The translations under genes were made by a program, and so were the position numbers. Below are positions 19,645 through 29,177 of a stretch of 64,000 nucleotides of DNA, one piece after another; the stretch's first letter is position 1, and every line of letters starts with the position of its first letter. This DNA comes from Bdellovibrionota bacterium (GTDB lineage: Bacteria > Bdellovibrionota > UBA1018 > CAIPTA01 > JAALKR01), in assembly GCA_965207455.1 (NCBI GenBank), contig CBDBMJ010000001.1:160001-224000 (forward strand), written 5' to 3'. A model generated the notes under the pieces. That model did no database searches, was not told the DNA's origin, and saw only the letters and a program-made list of their open reading frames with translations.

Positions 19645-20266
19645 TAGATTTCTGTATAAACTCATTCTTATACCGCTCTGTTATTGGCGGTATTAAATCT
19701 TCGTAATGTCCACTAATGACTCTTTCATTATAAACTGTTAATGAAGGATCGGAGTTCAAATCTACCATTCGGTGCGCATGATGGACTTCGAAATTAGCTA
19801 AATGCTCAGAGCACTCATGTAAGCTTTTAACTTCTGAGGGGTCTAGTTTCATAGCATTCTTCACTCTTTTTTGACAAAGAGAAAGAGCAGCTTTCGCAGG
19901 TTCCTGTGCATCCGCTATAAATCTATTCTTATATTCCTGTGTTATTTTTAATATTAATTGTTCGTAGTCTCTATTTTTAGGCTTTTCAGAAAGTTTATCT
20001 TGTAAATCTGCCAAGTAGTAAAAAGAGACTTCCAAATTAGCAAGCTCATTAGAGCACATATCAAGACTTTTAGCTTTCTCTAAGTTGACCATAGTTTTCC
20101 CTAACGTCCCTAACGTTAAGCTGAGTAATTTTATTTCTTTTTTACAAATAGCAAGAGCGACCAGAGTGGTATCGGCATCTTGGTTGTAATTATCAGCAGA
20201 TTCAGCAACAGGACTAAGCAGGGCTAGACCGAGTAGTGTAAATAATATATATTTTGTTTTTTCCAT
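19640..20266 (-). CDS. Secreted orphan protein with two internal Cys-pair helical repeats
   Basis: Signal LALLSPVAESA; repeats AL..C.K..K..SL..CS..LAN.EV..YE.LI..IT..YKN.FI. Confidence 0.75.
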   Translation of the reverse strand: MEKTKYILFTLLGLALLSPVAESADNYNQDADTTLVALAICKKEIKLLSLTLGTLGKTMVNLEKAKSLDMCSNELANLEVSFYYLADLQDKLSEKPKNRDYEQLILKITQEYKNRFIADAQEPAKAALSLCQKRVKNAMKLDPSEVKSLHECSEHLANFEVHHAHRMVDLNSDPSLTVYNERVISGHYEDLIPPITERYKNEFIQKSI

Positions 20267-20411
20267 TTTTCGTTTCTCCTTTGTTTGTTATATTCTTAAC
20301 TTATGAAGATGCACTATATCATAATAAATGAATACAATCAAGTATCATTTTTGTTTTCTTAAAAAAAAACTTACAACTTATTGTTTTTATTGAGATAATT
20401 TCAGAAAAAGT

Positions 20412-21794
20412 CTAGTCGTCACTCTCATTCAAATGACGAACAATGGCGCTACAGGTGGATTTTGCGTCCCCAAAAACAAGGGAGCAATTATCATAGTAGA
20501 AAAGATCGTTGTCCACGCCGGAGTAGCCAGACCCCATGGATCGCTTGAGCATATACACTTGGCGAGCCTTATGGGTTTCCAAAATAGGCATACCAAACAA
20601 GGGGCTATTTTTATTGGTTAAGGCTGCTGGGTTTACAATGTCGTTGGCACCAACTACGAGGACCACGTCGGTGGTGGAAAAACTATTATTGATTTCTTCT
20701 AGCTCTTCTACTGAGTCGTAGGGAATATCCGATTCTGCTAAGAGTACGTTCATGTGGCCAGGCATACGGCCTGCTACAGGGTGGATGGCAAATTTCATTT
20801 CAATGCCTTTTTTTTGTAGGAGTGTAAACATTTCTTTTAGGGCGTGCTGGGCTTGGGCGATAGCCATGCCGTAGCCGGGAACCACAATAATTTTTTCTGC
20901 ATTTTCTATGCTAAAGGCAACGTCCTCAGGTGCGGCTGATTTTACGGGTTTTTTATTTTCCTGATCCACTACTACGGCACTCTCTGTTCCAAAGCCACCG
21001 AGAATAACACTCACAATGGAGCGATTCATTGCCTTACACATAATATAGGAAAGAATAGCACCACTACTGCCCACCAAGGCACCCGTGGCAATTAATAAAT
21101 TATTTCCCAGTGTAAAGCCTGTGGCAGAAGCTGCCCAACCCGAATAGGAATTTAACATGGACACCACCACAGGCATGTCTGCACCACCAATGGGAAGCAC
21201 CACCAGCACCCCTAGCATGAGGGCAAGTACTGTGAGTAAGATAAATGGAAGCACTTGGGGGTCTAGGGCAAACTGTACGGTAAAGGCAATCGTAGCCAAC
21301 AAAATTATTAAGTTTAGGAAATGTTGACCTCGAAAAATTAAGGGGCTGGAGCCTAAAATCCCTTGGAGTTTTCCAAAAGCCATAACGGAGCCAGTGAATG
21401 TAATGGCAGCAATGGCACTTCCTAGGGACAACTCAATGGCAAGTACCGTGCTTACTTCTTCTGCATTAAAGTAGGTGCCAAAACTGATGAGTAGAGCTGA
21501 GAGGCCCACAAAACTATGGAGGGCTGCCACGAGCTGAGGCATTGCCGTCATTTGAATTTTATAGGCGATGAGGGCGCCTAGGGTGGCACCACTGAGGAGT
21601 CCCGCTATAATCCAATTGTAATTTTTCACGTCGGGGTGGAGAAGGGTAACCACAATGGCAATTCCCATTCCTAGCATGGCACAGGTATTTCCCGTGAGTG
21701 CTGTCTTAGGAGAACTTAAACCCTTGAGACCGAAAATAAATAAAACGGTGGCAGCAAGGTAGGCAGAGGCAGAAATGTCTGGTCCTAATTCCAT
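20412..21794 (-). CDS. pntB: NAD(P) transhydrogenase beta subunit
   Basis: MPQLVA, NSYSG, HPVAGRMPGHMNVLLAE, GAND. Confidence 0.95.
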   Translation of the reverse strand: MELGPDISASAYLAATVLFIFGLKGLSSPKTALTGNTCAMLGMGIAIVVTLLHPDVKNYNWIIAGLLSGATLGALIAYKIQMTAMPQLVAALHSFVGLSALLISFGTYFNAEEVSTVLAIELSLGSAIAAITFTGSVMAFGKLQGILGSSPLIFRGQHFLNLIILLATIAFTVQFALDPQVLPFILLTVLALMLGVLVVLPIGGADMPVVVSMLNSYSGWAASATGFTLGNNLLIATGALVGSSGAILSYIMCKAMNRSIVSVILGGFGTESAVVVDQENKKPVKSAAPEDVAFSIENAEKIIVVPGYGMAIAQAQHALKEMFTLLQKKGIEMKFAIHPVAGRMPGHMNVLLAESDIPYDSVEELEEINNSFSTTDVVLVVGANDIVNPAALTNKNSPLFGMPILETHKARQVYMLKRSMGSGYSGVDNDLFYYDNCSLVFGDAKSTCSAIVRHLNESDD

Positions 21795-21795
21795 A

Positions 21796-22083
21796 CTATT
21801 TTTTCCTCTTAAACATGGATAGAATTCGATTGGTTACTACGAAACCACCAAAAATATTAATGGCAGCGAGAAACACAGCAAAGAAGCCAATGAGTTCTAC
21901 CAGTTCCACGCGGTTGGATGTAACACCTGAAACTAAAATGGCCCCCACAATAATAATGGCACTGATGGCGTTGGTGACTGCCATAAGAGGAGTGTGGAGT
22001 GCGGGGGTAACTCCCCAAACCACATGGTAGCCCACAAAACAGGCGAGAACGAATACATATAAACCTAGCATTGTTTCAGACAT
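21796..22083 (-). CDS. pntA: NAD(P) transhydrogenase alpha subunit, part 2 (membrane)
   Basis: [25 protein letters not shown]. Confidence 0.95.
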   Translation of the reverse strand: MSETMLGLYVFVLACFVGYHVVWGVTPALHTPLMAVTNAISAIIIVGAILVSGVTSNRVELVELIGFFAVFLAAINIFGGFVVTNRILSMFKRKK

Positions 22084-22086
22084 CAG

Positions 22087-23211
22087 TTATTTCCTTCCTT
22101 TAAAGCGTACTTGTTTTTGGTAGGTCACTAGAGCCGCATCTATAATATCGTCCTCTAGGTTATACTGGAGGCATAGACCTGCCTCCTCTTTTTTCACAAA
22201 TAAATCCAGTAGGTGTATAAGGTTATTGGCGTAGAAATCGCTAGCGTCGCTTGCCACCATGGCAGGGTAGTTGGTGTATCCCACAATGGTCACCCCATGT
22301 TTTTGTACGATTGCATTGGGCTTGCTCAATTCACAGTTTCCTCCATTGGCAGCAGCCATGTCCACGATCACCGATCCTGTGCGCATTTGTTGGATACAAT
22401 CCTCGAAGATAAGTAGTGGGGATTTTTTACCTGGAAGGTTGGCTGTTGTAATGCAGATGTCGAAAGTTTTGAGTTTTTCTTGCAATACAGCCTGTTGTTT
22501 CTTTTTTGCTTCCTGAGATAGTTCTTTGGCATAGCCACCCTCACCCGTGCCGTCCTCTCCAATATCCACTTGTATTACCTTGGCACCGAGGGAGCGGATT
22601 TGTTCTGCCACCTCTGGGCGTATATCATAGGCCTCCACACTAGCGCCCAATCTTCTTGCTGTGGCAATAGCCTGTAGGCCTGCCACACCCACTCCCAGCA
22701 CTGCCACTTTTGCAGGCTTGGCCATACCAGCTGAGGTCATCATCATGGGAGCAAATCGTCGGTAATGGGCAAATGCTTCTAGCACAGCCCGGTAGCCAGC
22801 AATATTTGCTTGAGAGGAGAGAGCGTCCATGGATTGAGCCCGTGAGGTGCGGGGGATAAGCTCCATGCCCACGGATTGAACTCCCGCTTGGGCGAGAAGC
22901 TCCATGGTTTGGGTGCCCATGTGGGCATTAATATGGGTGAGCAGTAAAGCGCCACTTTTTATTTTTTGTATTTCCTCTTGGGTGGGGGGATGGATTTTAA
23001 AAATGATGTCGGCAGAGAGGGCTTTGTCCTTGTTGACGATTTCCACGCCTTTGCGAAGAAAATCCTTGTCGGAAAAGTTAGCGCCAAGACCAGCAGATTC
23101 CTCTATCCATACAGTAAACCCTCGCTTGGTTAATTTTTTCAAAGCGTTTGGGCTTATGGCCACTCGCTTTTCGCCATCATGAATTTCTTTGGGAATACCT
23201 ATGTTCATCAC
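22087..23211 (-). CDS. pntA: NAD(P) transhydrogenase alpha subunit, part 1
   Basis: RAQSMDALSSQANIAGYRA, GVGVAGLQA, GGNC. Confidence 0.95.
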   Translation of the reverse strand: MMNIGIPKEIHDGEKRVAISPNALKKLTKRGFTVWIEESAGLGANFSDKDFLRKGVEIVNKDKALSADIIFKIHPPTQEEIQKIKSGALLLTHINAHMGTQTMELLAQAGVQSVGMELIPRTSRAQSMDALSSQANIAGYRAVLEAFAHYRRFAPMMMTSAGMAKPAKVAVLGVGVAGLQAIATARRLGASVEAYDIRPEVAEQIRSLGAKVIQVDIGEDGTGEGGYAKELSQEAKKKQQAVLQEKLKTFDICITTANLPGKKSPLLIFEDCIQQMRTGSVIVDMAAANGGNCELSKPNAIVQKHGVTIVGYTNYPAMVASDASDFYANNLIHLLDLFVKKEEAGLCLQYNLEDDIIDAALVTYQKQVRFKGRK

Positions 23212-23261
23212 TTCTTTAATCTATACTGTATTTCTGAAAAAAAAGGAAATAGGGGAAATTT

Positions 23262-23570
23262 TCATGATTCCTTTTTTAGGTCGGCTCGAAGAACTCGACT
23301 ACTGCGGAGTTTTCCTTGCTTCATGCGGTTACGTAGTTCTTGGAGGGACTTTAGGAGGGTCTCCATTTGATCTTTTTGGAGGGATACTTTAGAGGGCTGC
23401 TTTCTTCTTGGGCTTTGGGGAATTGGGGGGCTTTGGGGAGCGGCCTTGGGGCTTTCCAGAGATTCCATTATATATGTATCTAGGGAGGTAAAATGGCGTA
23501 ACTGCTTTTGATTGATTTTACCTAAAGTGTCGTCCAGTAAAAATAAGGCTTGGTTGGCTAGGTCGTCCAT
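23262..23570 (-). CDS. Hypothetical protein
   Basis: ORF in the nusB-pnt gene run. Confidence 0.5.
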   Translation of the reverse strand: MDDLANQALFLLDDTLGKINQKQLRHFTSLDTYIMESLESPKAAPQSPPIPQSPRRKQPSKVSLQKDQMETLLKSLQELRNRMKQGKLRSSRVLRADLKKES

Positions 23571-23579
23571 GTATTTTTC

Positions 23580-24008
23580 TTAGCCCTCTTCTAGTACGCT
23601 CCAAGAAATACCTGCTTTTTTGAGAGCTTTTTTTATATTTACGGCAGCCACTTCTGGCCAAGTGCTTTCTGAAAAACTTAGTTTCTTGGCATTGAGCTTT
23701 TGTAAACAGTTTACCACATCTTTGCCCGAGGCTTTTTCATCTTTGAGGTAGTAGATGAGAAGCGAGGCCTGGCCCAGCCTGGCTTTATTGGGGATAAGGA
23801 TAAAGTCCCCCTCCTGCATACGTTTTCTTTTCACCAGCTTAGAAATTTGACCGTGTAGGCGCCAATCAAAATAACCCAAGGTGCCCTCCATGGAGGCAGA
23901 CAGGGATTGCTTATTTTCTTTGGAGTAGGCAGCTAGAATCCATGGTTCCCGGCACTTTTCCAGTACACGGTCCAGTTGTTTGATGTCCTTGTATGCTAGT
24001 TGAGCCAT
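23580..24008 (-). CDS. Peptidase M17 N-terminal-domain-like protein
   Basis: G..DWRL.G.IS motif. Confidence 0.5.
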   Translation of the reverse strand: MAQLAYKDIKQLDRVLEKCREPWILAAYSKENKQSLSASMEGTLGYFDWRLHGQISKLVKRKRMQEGDFILIPNKARLGQASLLIYYLKDEKASGKDVVNCLQKLNAKKLSFSESTWPEVAAVNIKKALKKAGISWSVLEEG

Positions 24009-24052
24009 TGTATTTAGTAAAACCTTAACACGCCTGTAATGGTGAGAGGGGA

Positions 24053-24496
24053 TTATTTTGGGGTTTCTTTTTTCGACAATTCTCGGTGAATTTGGTCCAA
24101 TACTCCATTAATAAAGGCTCCTGCGCCTTTGGTGCTGTATTGTTTGCTGATTTCAATGGCCTCGTTAATGGTCACGGAGTGGTCCACGTCCGGTCGGTCT
24201 ATGAGTTCATAGATGGCTAGGCGGAGTATGCTTCGGTCTATGCTCGTCATGCGTTTTAGTTGCCAATGGTCGCTTTGGGCAGAAAGCAGGGTATTGATGG
24301 ATGCGTATTGCTTCCACACTCCTTTTAGGAGGTTAGATAAAAAGCTTTCATCTACTGAGTCCCGGTCCCTAAAGTGATGGAAATAGCTTTCAATGGTTCC
24401 TTGGAGTGTGGTGGAGGTGTATTTTTGCTTGGAGTAGACGGGCTCCAGGCTAAACAGGATTTGCAGGGCAGATTCTCTGGCGATACGTCGTTTCAT
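24053..24496 (-). CDS. nusB: Transcription antitermination factor
   Basis: RRIARE.ALQ, DRSILRLAIYE, INEAIE, FINGVLD. Confidence 0.95.
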   Translation of the reverse strand: MKRRIARESALQILFSLEPVYSKQKYTSTTLQGTIESYFHHFRDRDSVDESFLSNLLKGVWKQYASINTLLSAQSDHWQLKRMTSIDRSILRLAIYELIDRPDVDHSVTINEAIEISKQYSTKGAGAFINGVLDQIHRELSKKETPK

Positions 24497-24624
24497 GGGT
24501 TACTCCAAGTTCAGGACTACACTAGTTTCTGCGTAGTAGCAAATTAAGTGTTCCCAGGCTGGGTTTTTTCTTAAGTTTTCCTTCAGGGTGACGATAGTTA
24601 GGTAGTAGGAGGTAGGACACAACA

Positions 24625-25110
24625 ATGGGTAAATCCAAATCTTTTTCTAGGCAAAGCATTTACCATAGGGGTATGCGAGATGGGGAGACGGTTCGCCGTT
24701 GTTTGAACCATTCCTTTCGCTTGGCTTTAGCTAGGTTGGTGCTGCCCGGGAGTAAAGAAGCTGTGGACACCTCCATGGTGCTCACGGATTTTTCTGCTCT
24801 AGGTACTAGTATCTTTTCCGACAGGGAAATAAAAAAGGGTGGCCATCTTAGCTTGCAGTTATTGGAACCCAGTCTTGCCACAATCCCATGTGTGGTGCTC
24901 GCTTGTAGGAAACTTCCCAGCCCGTCCCTTGTGTATAAAAAGGAATCTCGTCAGAGGTATCGTCTGCTTTTAGAGTTTCGCTTGCATACAGAGGAAGAAA
25001 AAAAAGCAGTCCAGGAGATACAAAAAAGTATTCATGGGGATAGTGCCAATGAGGCTAAGGATAACAAGCCTACCGATAACAAGCCTGCTGTAGAAAGGAA
25101 AGCGGCCTAG
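24625..25110 (+). CDS. PilZ-like domain protein
   Basis: DFSALG (D/NxSxxG) and beta-barrel pattern; RxxxR degenerate. Confidence 0.45.
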   Translation: MGKSKSFSRQSIYHRGMRDGETVRRCLNHSFRLALARLVLPGSKEAVDTSMVLTDFSALGTSIFSDREIKKGGHLSLQLLEPSLATIPCVVLACRKLPSPSLVYKKESRQRYRLLLEFRLHTEEEKKAVQEIQKSIHGDSANEAKDNKPTDNKPAVERKAA

Positions 25111-26099
25111 GAACGAGGAAAGAAGCCGACTTTTTCGTAGACATCGGCGAGGGTTTTATTGGCAATGGTTCTTGCCTTGTCTGCATTGCTTCTTACTATA
25201 CCCTCCAAATAATCTTTATTTTTCATCAGGTCAGTGTATTTTTTTTGTATGGGTTGGAGCGCATCGCAAATACGATCAGCTAGTTCTTTTTTAAAATGAC
25301 CGTACATTTTTCCCTGAAAGTCCTGCTCGATTTTTTCCATGGATTCTTGGGTGATGGCTGAATAAATGGTCATTAGGTTAGCCAGCGGTTTATTATTTGT
25401 ATCGTATTTTATTTCGGAGCCGGAGTCCGTTACTGCGGATTTTATTTTTTTTACAATCCTACTGGGTTCATCCAGTACGGCAATATAATTTTTGGGATTG
25501 GAGTCTGATTTCGACATCTTCTTTTCCACATCTTGGAGAGACATTATCCTTGCTCCCACTTTGCCAATATGGGGTTCAGGCACTACAAAGGTTTTGCCAT
25601 ATTTTTTATTAAAATTTTGGGCTATATCCCGGGTGAGTTCCAAGTGTTGTTTTTGATCTTGGCCTGTGGGCACGATATGGGTTTGGTAGAGAAGAATATC
25701 GGCAGCCATAAGAGTGGGGTAGGTGAAAAGACCTGCAGGAGCGTTCCTGCTTTCCTTCGCTTTGTCTTTAAATTGCGTCATGCGACTTAGGGTGCCCATG
25801 GAACAGAAGCAATTGAGCACCCAAGCCAATTCCGCGTGGGCACTTACATGGGACTGCATGAAAATAATATTTTTATTTGAGTCTAAGCCCAGAGCTAGGT
25901 ATTGGGCTAAAAAAGAAAGGGAGCGACTGTGTAGGTCCTGAGGAACTTGGGGAACAGTAATAGCGTGGAGGTCTGCCACGGGATATAGGCAGTGGTATTT
26001 TTCTTGGAGTAGTGCCCAATTAGAGATGGCTCCTATATAGTTGCCAATGGTTAGGTTTCCTGTGGGCACACTTGCGCTTAAGAGAGTCTTTTTTTCCAT
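25107..26099 (-). CDS. trpS: Tryptophan--tRNA ligase
   Basis: TIGN, YPTLMAADIL, DQKQHLE, KMSKS. Confidence 0.95.
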   Translation of the reverse strand: MEKKTLLSASVPTGNLTIGNYIGAISNWALLQEKYHCLYPVADLHAITVPQVPQDLHSRSLSFLAQYLALGLDSNKNIIFMQSHVSAHAELAWVLNCFCSMGTLSRMTQFKDKAKESRNAPAGLFTYPTLMAADILLYQTHIVPTGQDQKQHLELTRDIAQNFNKKYGKTFVVPEPHIGKVGARIMSLQDVEKKMSKSDSNPKNYIAVLDEPSRIVKKIKSAVTDSGSEIKYDTNNKPLANLMTIYSAITQESMEKIEQDFQGKMYGHFKKELADRICDALQPIQKKYTDLMKNKDYLEGIVRSNADKARTIANKTLADVYEKVGFFPRS

Positions 26100-26133
26100 A
26101 AGTCTACTATAGCTCTTGGCATGGGAAAAAAGC

Positions 26134-26163
26134 AAAAAAAAACCCAAGTCCTAAAACTTGGGT
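26134..26163 (-). terminator. Intrinsic terminator
   Basis: 8-bp stem ACCCAAGT/ACTTGGGT followed by a T-run on the minus strand. Confidence 0.7.
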
Positions 26164-26333
26164 GAGAAAAATGAGAAGCAAGTGAAAAGGGGGGCTTGTT
26201 TCTTTTTGTAGACAGCGAAAAAAAAATTTCAACTGGTGCATGAACTTTTTATCAACTGTAACTGTAACTTTGCTTTTTCCCTGCGCTATCTATAAAATTT
26301 ATTTTCTTTAAAGCTTATTTATTCCAATTAAAT

Positions 26334-26939
26334 TTAGAGTGGAACATGGTAAAAATTAATCAAACCAGTTCTACGATCAATAATAATTCCAACAGTAACT
26401 GCGCCACCTGTTAATTTTTCATTAACAGCCGTTACGCCTTTGAATTTTATTGAAGTTACACAAATTCGGTCATCATTATTTCTTTTTCTATTTCTATTAT
26501 TATTATTATTATTATAGCCGTACTGTCCATACTGTCCATAATACTCGTAATAGTCATAATAATCGTATTCATGTGATTCTATAATAGACAACGGAATGCG
26601 TACTTGACCAGACACTCTTCCAAGGGAGCTACTTAAGTATACTTCTAGGGATTCATCGCTAGAGTGAAAGTAATTGTCTTCATTATAATAGTTGTTTGAA
26701 GGATAGGTAATAGACCAGAATGAAGAGGATCTCTCCTCATAGCTACCGTTACTATCAACATCATTAGCGAACTTAATGATATATTCATCACCGCTAAGTT
26801 CAATTAGGTAACAGTTATTTTCCAAGTCTCTTACTAGACCTGATGAAGCACTGTCTCCACAACTCGTTAAACCCATAAGCATGATAAGTGAAGCCACTAC
26901 CATGATAGAGTTTTTGTTCTTATATTTTTCATTTTTCAT
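26334..26939 (-). CDS. Orphan lipoprotein with Tyr/Asn-rich low-complexity segment
   Basis: Lipobox LTSC; GAGGTG RBS; YDYYDYYEYYGQYGQYGYNNNNNN. Confidence 0.7.
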   Translation of the reverse strand: MKNEKYKNKNSIMVVASLIMLMGLTSCGDSASSGLVRDLENNCYLIELSGDEYIIKFANDVDSNGSYEERSSSFWSITYPSNNYYNEDNYFHSSDESLEVYLSSSLGRVSGQVRIPLSIIESHEYDYYDYYEYYGQYGQYGYNNNNNNRNRKRNNDDRICVTSIKFKGVTAVNEKLTGGAVTVGIIIDRRTGLINFYHVPL

Positions 26940-26990
26940 AAACACCTCGTTTTTTAGTTTTACTTTTTTAATTACTTACATGGTTCTATG

Positions 26991-27007
26991 TGCAAGGATT
27001 GTGCCAA
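26991..27007 (-). promoter_or_regulatory. sigma54 promoter TTGGCACAATCCTTGCA
   Basis: Consensus match; enhancer-like TGTTGAAAAATTAGACA at 27094-27110. Confidence 0.8.
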
Positions 27008-27147
27008 GAAAGGAAAAAACATTTAAGCTGCTGTTATTACTCTATTTTTTTGTTTTTGACCCCGAAAGAGACAAGAAAAAGGATGGAAAAAACTGTTGAA
27101 AAATTAGACAGGTGTCTTAATTATAAAGAGTTCTGCTATGGGAAAAA

Positions 27148-27951
27148 TTACTCTATGCTGCTCAAGAATCGCAAAATTCCTTGGGCAATTCCTTTGGATA
27201 GCTTGGCTTGTTGGGCCTTATCTAGCAATAGGGCTTGGTCTTTTTTGTTGGACAAGAACAGTGCCTCTAGCAAAACACTGGGTGTTTGGGTATCCGTAAG
27301 GACTTGGAAGATTTCCTGTCGCACCCCCCGATTCCTTACTTTCATATTATTTTTTTTAAATATCTTGGTCACACTTTGTTGAATATTGATGGCAGCTAAT
27401 CTGGATCTCTCCATATTGGAGTCTGTGGAGACGCTTCTTAATAGTAGGTCTAAGGGGTTGCCCTTTTTTTGCCTGAGATTTAAAACCAAATGCTGACGGT
27501 TGGTAGCTTTTCCAGCATTATTGAGAAAATAGGTTTCAAAGCCGTGGGCAGTGCCCGTTTTATCTGCATTTACATGAATGGAAACAAATAAAGCTGCTTT
27601 CTTGTTTCGTGCAAGTCGGGCACGATCCTCCAGAGCCATATCTTTATCTCGGTCCCGTGTATAGAGTACGGTGATTTTTCGATTCAATGGCGCCCAGTAC
27701 TCCGGATCCTCTAGTATACGTCCCACATTTTTGGCAAGTTGGAGGACGATATTTTTTTCATTGAGTTCTTGCATATTTTTACCCTTGCCAAAGTAAATGG
27801 TGGCTCCCTTATCTTTTCCACCATGGCCGGGGTCTAAAACCACAATATATGGTTTTTTTGCGGCCCAAGTATTTGTACTTAAAAAACAAAATAATAACAG
27901 GAAAAGCTTTAGTATTTCAGAAATGCGTCCGAAGAGATTATGTACGGTCAT
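27148..27951 (-). CDS. amiC: N-acetylmuramoyl-L-alanine amidase (Amidase_3)
   Basis: LDPGHGG, EK, SIHVN, PSVLLE. Confidence 0.85.
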   Translation of the reverse strand: MTVHNLFGRISEILKLFLLLFCFLSTNTWAAKKPYIVVLDPGHGGKDKGATIYFGKGKNMQELNEKNIVLQLAKNVGRILEDPEYWAPLNRKITVLYTRDRDKDMALEDRARLARNKKAALFVSIHVNADKTGTAHGFETYFLNNAGKATNRQHLVLNLRQKKGNPLDLLLRSVSTDSNMERSRLAAINIQQSVTKIFKKNNMKVRNRGVRQEIFQVLTDTQTPSVLLEALFLSNKKDQALLLDKAQQAKLSKGIAQGILRFLSSIE

Positions 27952-27991
27952 ATTTCTTTATTTTGCCATAATTTGGCTTTAGGAGGTAATA

Positions 27992-28564
27992 TTGGAAACG
28001 ATTATTTTGGTTATTACGGAGTTTACGGAGGAATTGCTTTGGGCAGAAATTAGTTTACTAGGCTTTTTTTTGGCCATTTACCTGCTTTGTCTCTTAAAAA
28101 GAACGGATGGCGAGCCATCCCGGTGGATCCCGGATCAAATAGTAAGGAATTACTTGGACAGCGTTCGGAATGGAGAACGGGCCATGCGCCAAGAATTGTT
28201 TTTCGAGGATATGAAAAAGAACCCTGGGGACGATTCCACTGTCGACTCGTTACAAGGTGAAGTGGGAGCCCTTCGTGCTCAGCTAGCCACTGCTGATTCT
28301 CGCCTAGAGGAAAAAGAGACCATGATAACTGATTTAAAGGAAAATAAAGATAGCGATGCGTCTGAGGGAGAGCTTCATCAAAAAATTAAGGATTTAGAGG
28401 TTCGTCTTCAGGAGTATTCAGTAATTGAAAATGAATTGGCTGAATTAAAAAAATACCAGTCAGAAAATAAGGAATTAAAAGAAAAGCTGGGCAAGGGAAA
28501 GGTAGATACGGGAGCTAAAAAAGAAGATCTAGTATCTGAATTTGAAAAAATGCTGGCATCGTAG
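27992..28564 (+). CDS. Membrane-anchored coiled-coil hypothetical protein
   Basis: GGAGG RBS, N-terminal TM, heptad-rich C-terminus. Confidence 0.65.
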   Translation: METIILVITEFTEELLWAEISLLGFFLAIYLLCLLKRTDGEPSRWIPDQIVRNYLDSVRNGERAMRQELFFEDMKKNPGDDSTVDSLQGEVGALRAQLATADSRLEEKETMITDLKENKDSDASEGELHQKIKDLEVRLQEYSVIENELAELKKYQSENKELKEKLGKGKVDTGAKKEDLVSEFEKMLAS

Positions 28565-28590
28565 ATGCTGGCATCTTAGGTGCTAGCATC
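28549..28590. repeat. Three 15-bp quasi-palindromic units (GATGCTGGCATC-like)
   Basis: aatgctggcatcgta/gatgctggcatctta/ggtgctagcatc. Confidence 0.7.
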
Positions 28591-28600
28591 CAGGCCCCTT

Positions 28601-29110
28601 TTATAGGCTTATATTTTTGATATTTTCTTCATTCTGTTTGTTCAGGTAATTCTCTAGTGCAATGAGGCGACCGATGCGATACAGGTAAACAACCTCCTCT
28701 GTTCCCTTGGAATTAATATTCTCCCAGCGAGTAAAAATACTTTTTGCTATTTGCTGTTCCTTTTGTATGCGTACGGTGGTTATGGGAGAGTCGCCCTGTT
28801 TGCCTTTAATAACAGAAATAAATATACGGTAACGTGCTCGATGGGCGTGGTATTCCGCACTAAAGCTTTCCAAGAAATTCCAGCTATTGGTTTTTGTAAC
28901 CCAGCCTGTGGACACGGTTCCCAGGTCTCGATTTTGGGTAATAGATGGCATACTGGATATGGCGTTGAGTACAGCTGCCCATGTGGTGGAGAAATCTGAG
29001 AGAAAGGTGCGGGAATGGGCTGTATTTTTCAACTGAAAGGGTAGGCCGGAGCAGGCTCCTAGTGTGACTAGGAGGATGGGAAAAAGCCAGTATAAGTGAA
29101 AACGTTTCAT
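28601..29110 (-). CDS. Outer-membrane lipoprotein (BamC-like)
   Basis: Lipobox LGAC; W.AVL..G.VSTGW pattern. Confidence 0.55.
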   Translation of the reverse strand: MKRFHLYWLFPILLVTLGACSGLPFQLKNTAHSRTFLSDFSTTWAAVLNAISSMPSITQNRDLGTVSTGWVTKTNSWNFLESFSAEYHAHRARYRIFISVIKGKQGDSPITTVRIQKEQQIAKSIFTRWENINSKGTEEVVYLYRIGRLIALENYLNKQNEENIKNISL

Positions 29111-29177
29111 TCTACTTCTATATTCACTGTAATTATCGGGATTGTCAAAAATCACAGGAGGCTCTATAGTGGCAAGT

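Noticed and set aside
17683..20266. Integron interpretation (integrase plus cassette-like orphans)
   Set aside because: The recombinase lacks the IntI-specific insertion and looks like XerD; no attC sites were seen; the orphans have their own promoters.
26134..26330. T-box or attenuator for trpS
   Set aside because: Only a simple terminator hairpin is visible; there is no T-box consensus or Trp-rich leader, and trpS has its own promoter downstream of the hairpin.
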